Below are positions 62,693 through 64,000 of a DNA stretch of 64,000 nt, one piece after another (position 1 is the first letter of the stretch; each line of letters starts with the position of its first letter). The position numbers were made by a program, and so were the translations under genes. Under the pieces are notes generated by a model. That model was not told the origin of the DNA, did not search any database, and worked only from the letters and a program-made list of their open reading frames with translations. Source of the DNA: an uncultured Spirochaetota bacterium (GTDB lineage: Bacteria; Spirochaetota; Brevinematia; Brevinematales; JAOACQ01); NCBI GenBank assembly GCA_963768055.1, contig CAVYGN010000002.1, positions 992,001 through 1,056,000 of the forward strand. The letters are read 5' to 3'.

Positions 62693-64000
62693 ATGGGTAA
62701 TGTTAAGCAGACTGCCGAAAGCAAGATTTTCCTGGATATTTATCCCAATGGTTTCTCGCCTTACAGGATAAAATGGTTCGATTTAGCCTTCGCTTCCATA
62801 ATAACCCTTATTGTACTTATTCTATATATCCTGACTCTCGCACCGAGCGTTATCGCCGGAGACAGCGGAGAGTTGACAACTGAAATTTACCAGATGGGGG
62901 CATGTCATCCGCCTGGATATCCTTTATATGGAATTCTCGGCAAGCTATTTACTTTCCTGCCCGTAGGAGATATCGCCTACAGGGTTAATCTGTACGTAGC
63001 TTTCAGCGGCGCATTCGCTATATTCATGTTCTATCTTGTAATGGTTAAGCTCCTCGGCTTTAACCGTGACATAGGCAAGCCGTCCCTCTCAATTCATCTT
63101 CCGGCGGTAGCAACCTCCCTTATTTTCGCATTTTCCTATGATTTCTGGCAGCAGACATCGGCAAGCGGTAAATTTTATTCGCTTAATGTTTTACTGGTTG
63201 CGGCAATGCTGTTTATAATGATCCTCTGGTATGAGGAAATAATGTATTTCAGGAATGAGAACAATAATCATTTCGCGGAGCGTATGACAATTTTTCTCGC
63301 TTTTATTATGGGATTATCATTAACAGACCACATGCTGCCTATGTGGTTTATAGCTGTTTATGTTGTCAGCCTGCTGCCATTCGTCATATACATTCTGATT
63401 AAGGACGGTTCGCTTAAATTTAAAAAAGAATTCATGGTAAGGATACCCAGCATTTTAATCCTCCTGCTGCTTGTATTAGTGAGTTTGACTCTCCTGATGA
63501 AATATATGGTAGCTATAAAGCCGATTATTTATCCTGCCCATACTCCTATGATACTGATAGGCTGGTTCCTAGTCCCGGCTTATCTTTCGATCTATACGAT
63601 ATTGATCAGGGTCAAAAAAAAATTCGGGTTTAAAGCTGCCGCAGTAATTTTCTTTTTACTGATCTTATCCGGGATCGGCGGCCTCATTTATTTCGGATCG
63701 TATGCCAATGAGGCCCATTTTATCCCGAATACTCAATACCCTTTAAATCTTTTCAGTATAGATTTAGTGAACGAGAACGGCGTTCCCACGCCTATTATAA
63801 TCGATCCGATATTTATTATTTTCCTCGCTTTAATTACTATGATCATTTTTTTCTATGGAATTTACGATGGAGCGTTAAAAAAATCCGATGTTGAATTCGG
63901 CCTTGCAGATAAGTTTATTGAGATCCTCACATACAGCGGCTGGATGTTTATATTTGCTATGACGTTATACCTCTACCTGATGGTCAGGAATATAGCGCTG
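62693..64000 (+). CDS. DUF2723 / TMEM260-like membrane glycosyltransferase, runs off the window (absent from ORF track)
   Basis: GGAG RBS, ATG 62693; own translation gives LYILTLAPSVIAGDSGEL...HPPGYPLY...YRVN. Confidence 0.85.
   Translation, partial: MGNVKQTAESKIFLDIYPNGFSPYRIKWFDLAFASIITLIVLILYILTLAPSVIAGDSGELTTEIYQMGACHPPGYPLYGILGKLFTFLPVGDIAYRVNLYVAFSGAFAIFMFYLVMVKLLGFNRDIGKPSLSIHLPAVATSLIFAFSYDFWQQTSASGKFYSLNVLLVAAMLFIMILWYEEIMYFRNENNNHFAERMTIFLAFIMGLSLTDHMLPMWFIAVYVVSLLPFVIYILIKDGSLKFKKEFMVRIPSILILLLLVLVSLTLLMKYMVAIKPIIYPAHTPMILIGWFLVPAYLSIYTILIRVKKKFGFKAAAVIFFLLILSGIGGLIYFGSYANEAHFIPNTQYPLNLFSIDLVNENGVPTPIIIDPIFIIFLALITMIIFFYGIYDGALKKSDVEFGLADKFIEILTYSGWMFIFAMTLYLYLMVRNIAL

Overview
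A mostly core-chromosomal window from a moderately AT-rich bacterium. It is probably a spirochaete (Brevinematales-like), inferred from rRNA character and gene style, not from a database search. It holds a complete rRNA operon (16S-tRNA-Ile-tRNA-Ala-23S-5S) and housekeeping genes (argS, carB, thyX, dCMP deaminase fusion, hldE/hldD, ispF, lepB, mntH, ribBA, murF, rtcB, thiE, queF). An accessory zone at about 33.9-43.6 kb contains an intact IS21-family element with a 7-bp target duplication inserted in an omptin-like gene, plus mrr and gene remnants. A membrane glycosylation-type cluster sits at the right end. The main observations are: (1) a spermidine synthase fused to two S-adenosylmethionine decarboxylase domains that have each lost complementary catalytic residues, mirroring the eukaryotic pseudo-dimer; (2) an ORF-less, structured ~230-nt transcription unit under a promoter overlapped by two BlaI/MecI/CopY-type operators; (3) a structured mntH leader; (4) a 27-bp inverted repeat pair bracketing the omptin/mrr island. 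The supplied ORF track mislabels the strand of 25438..26451, which reads on +. No CRISPR array was seen.
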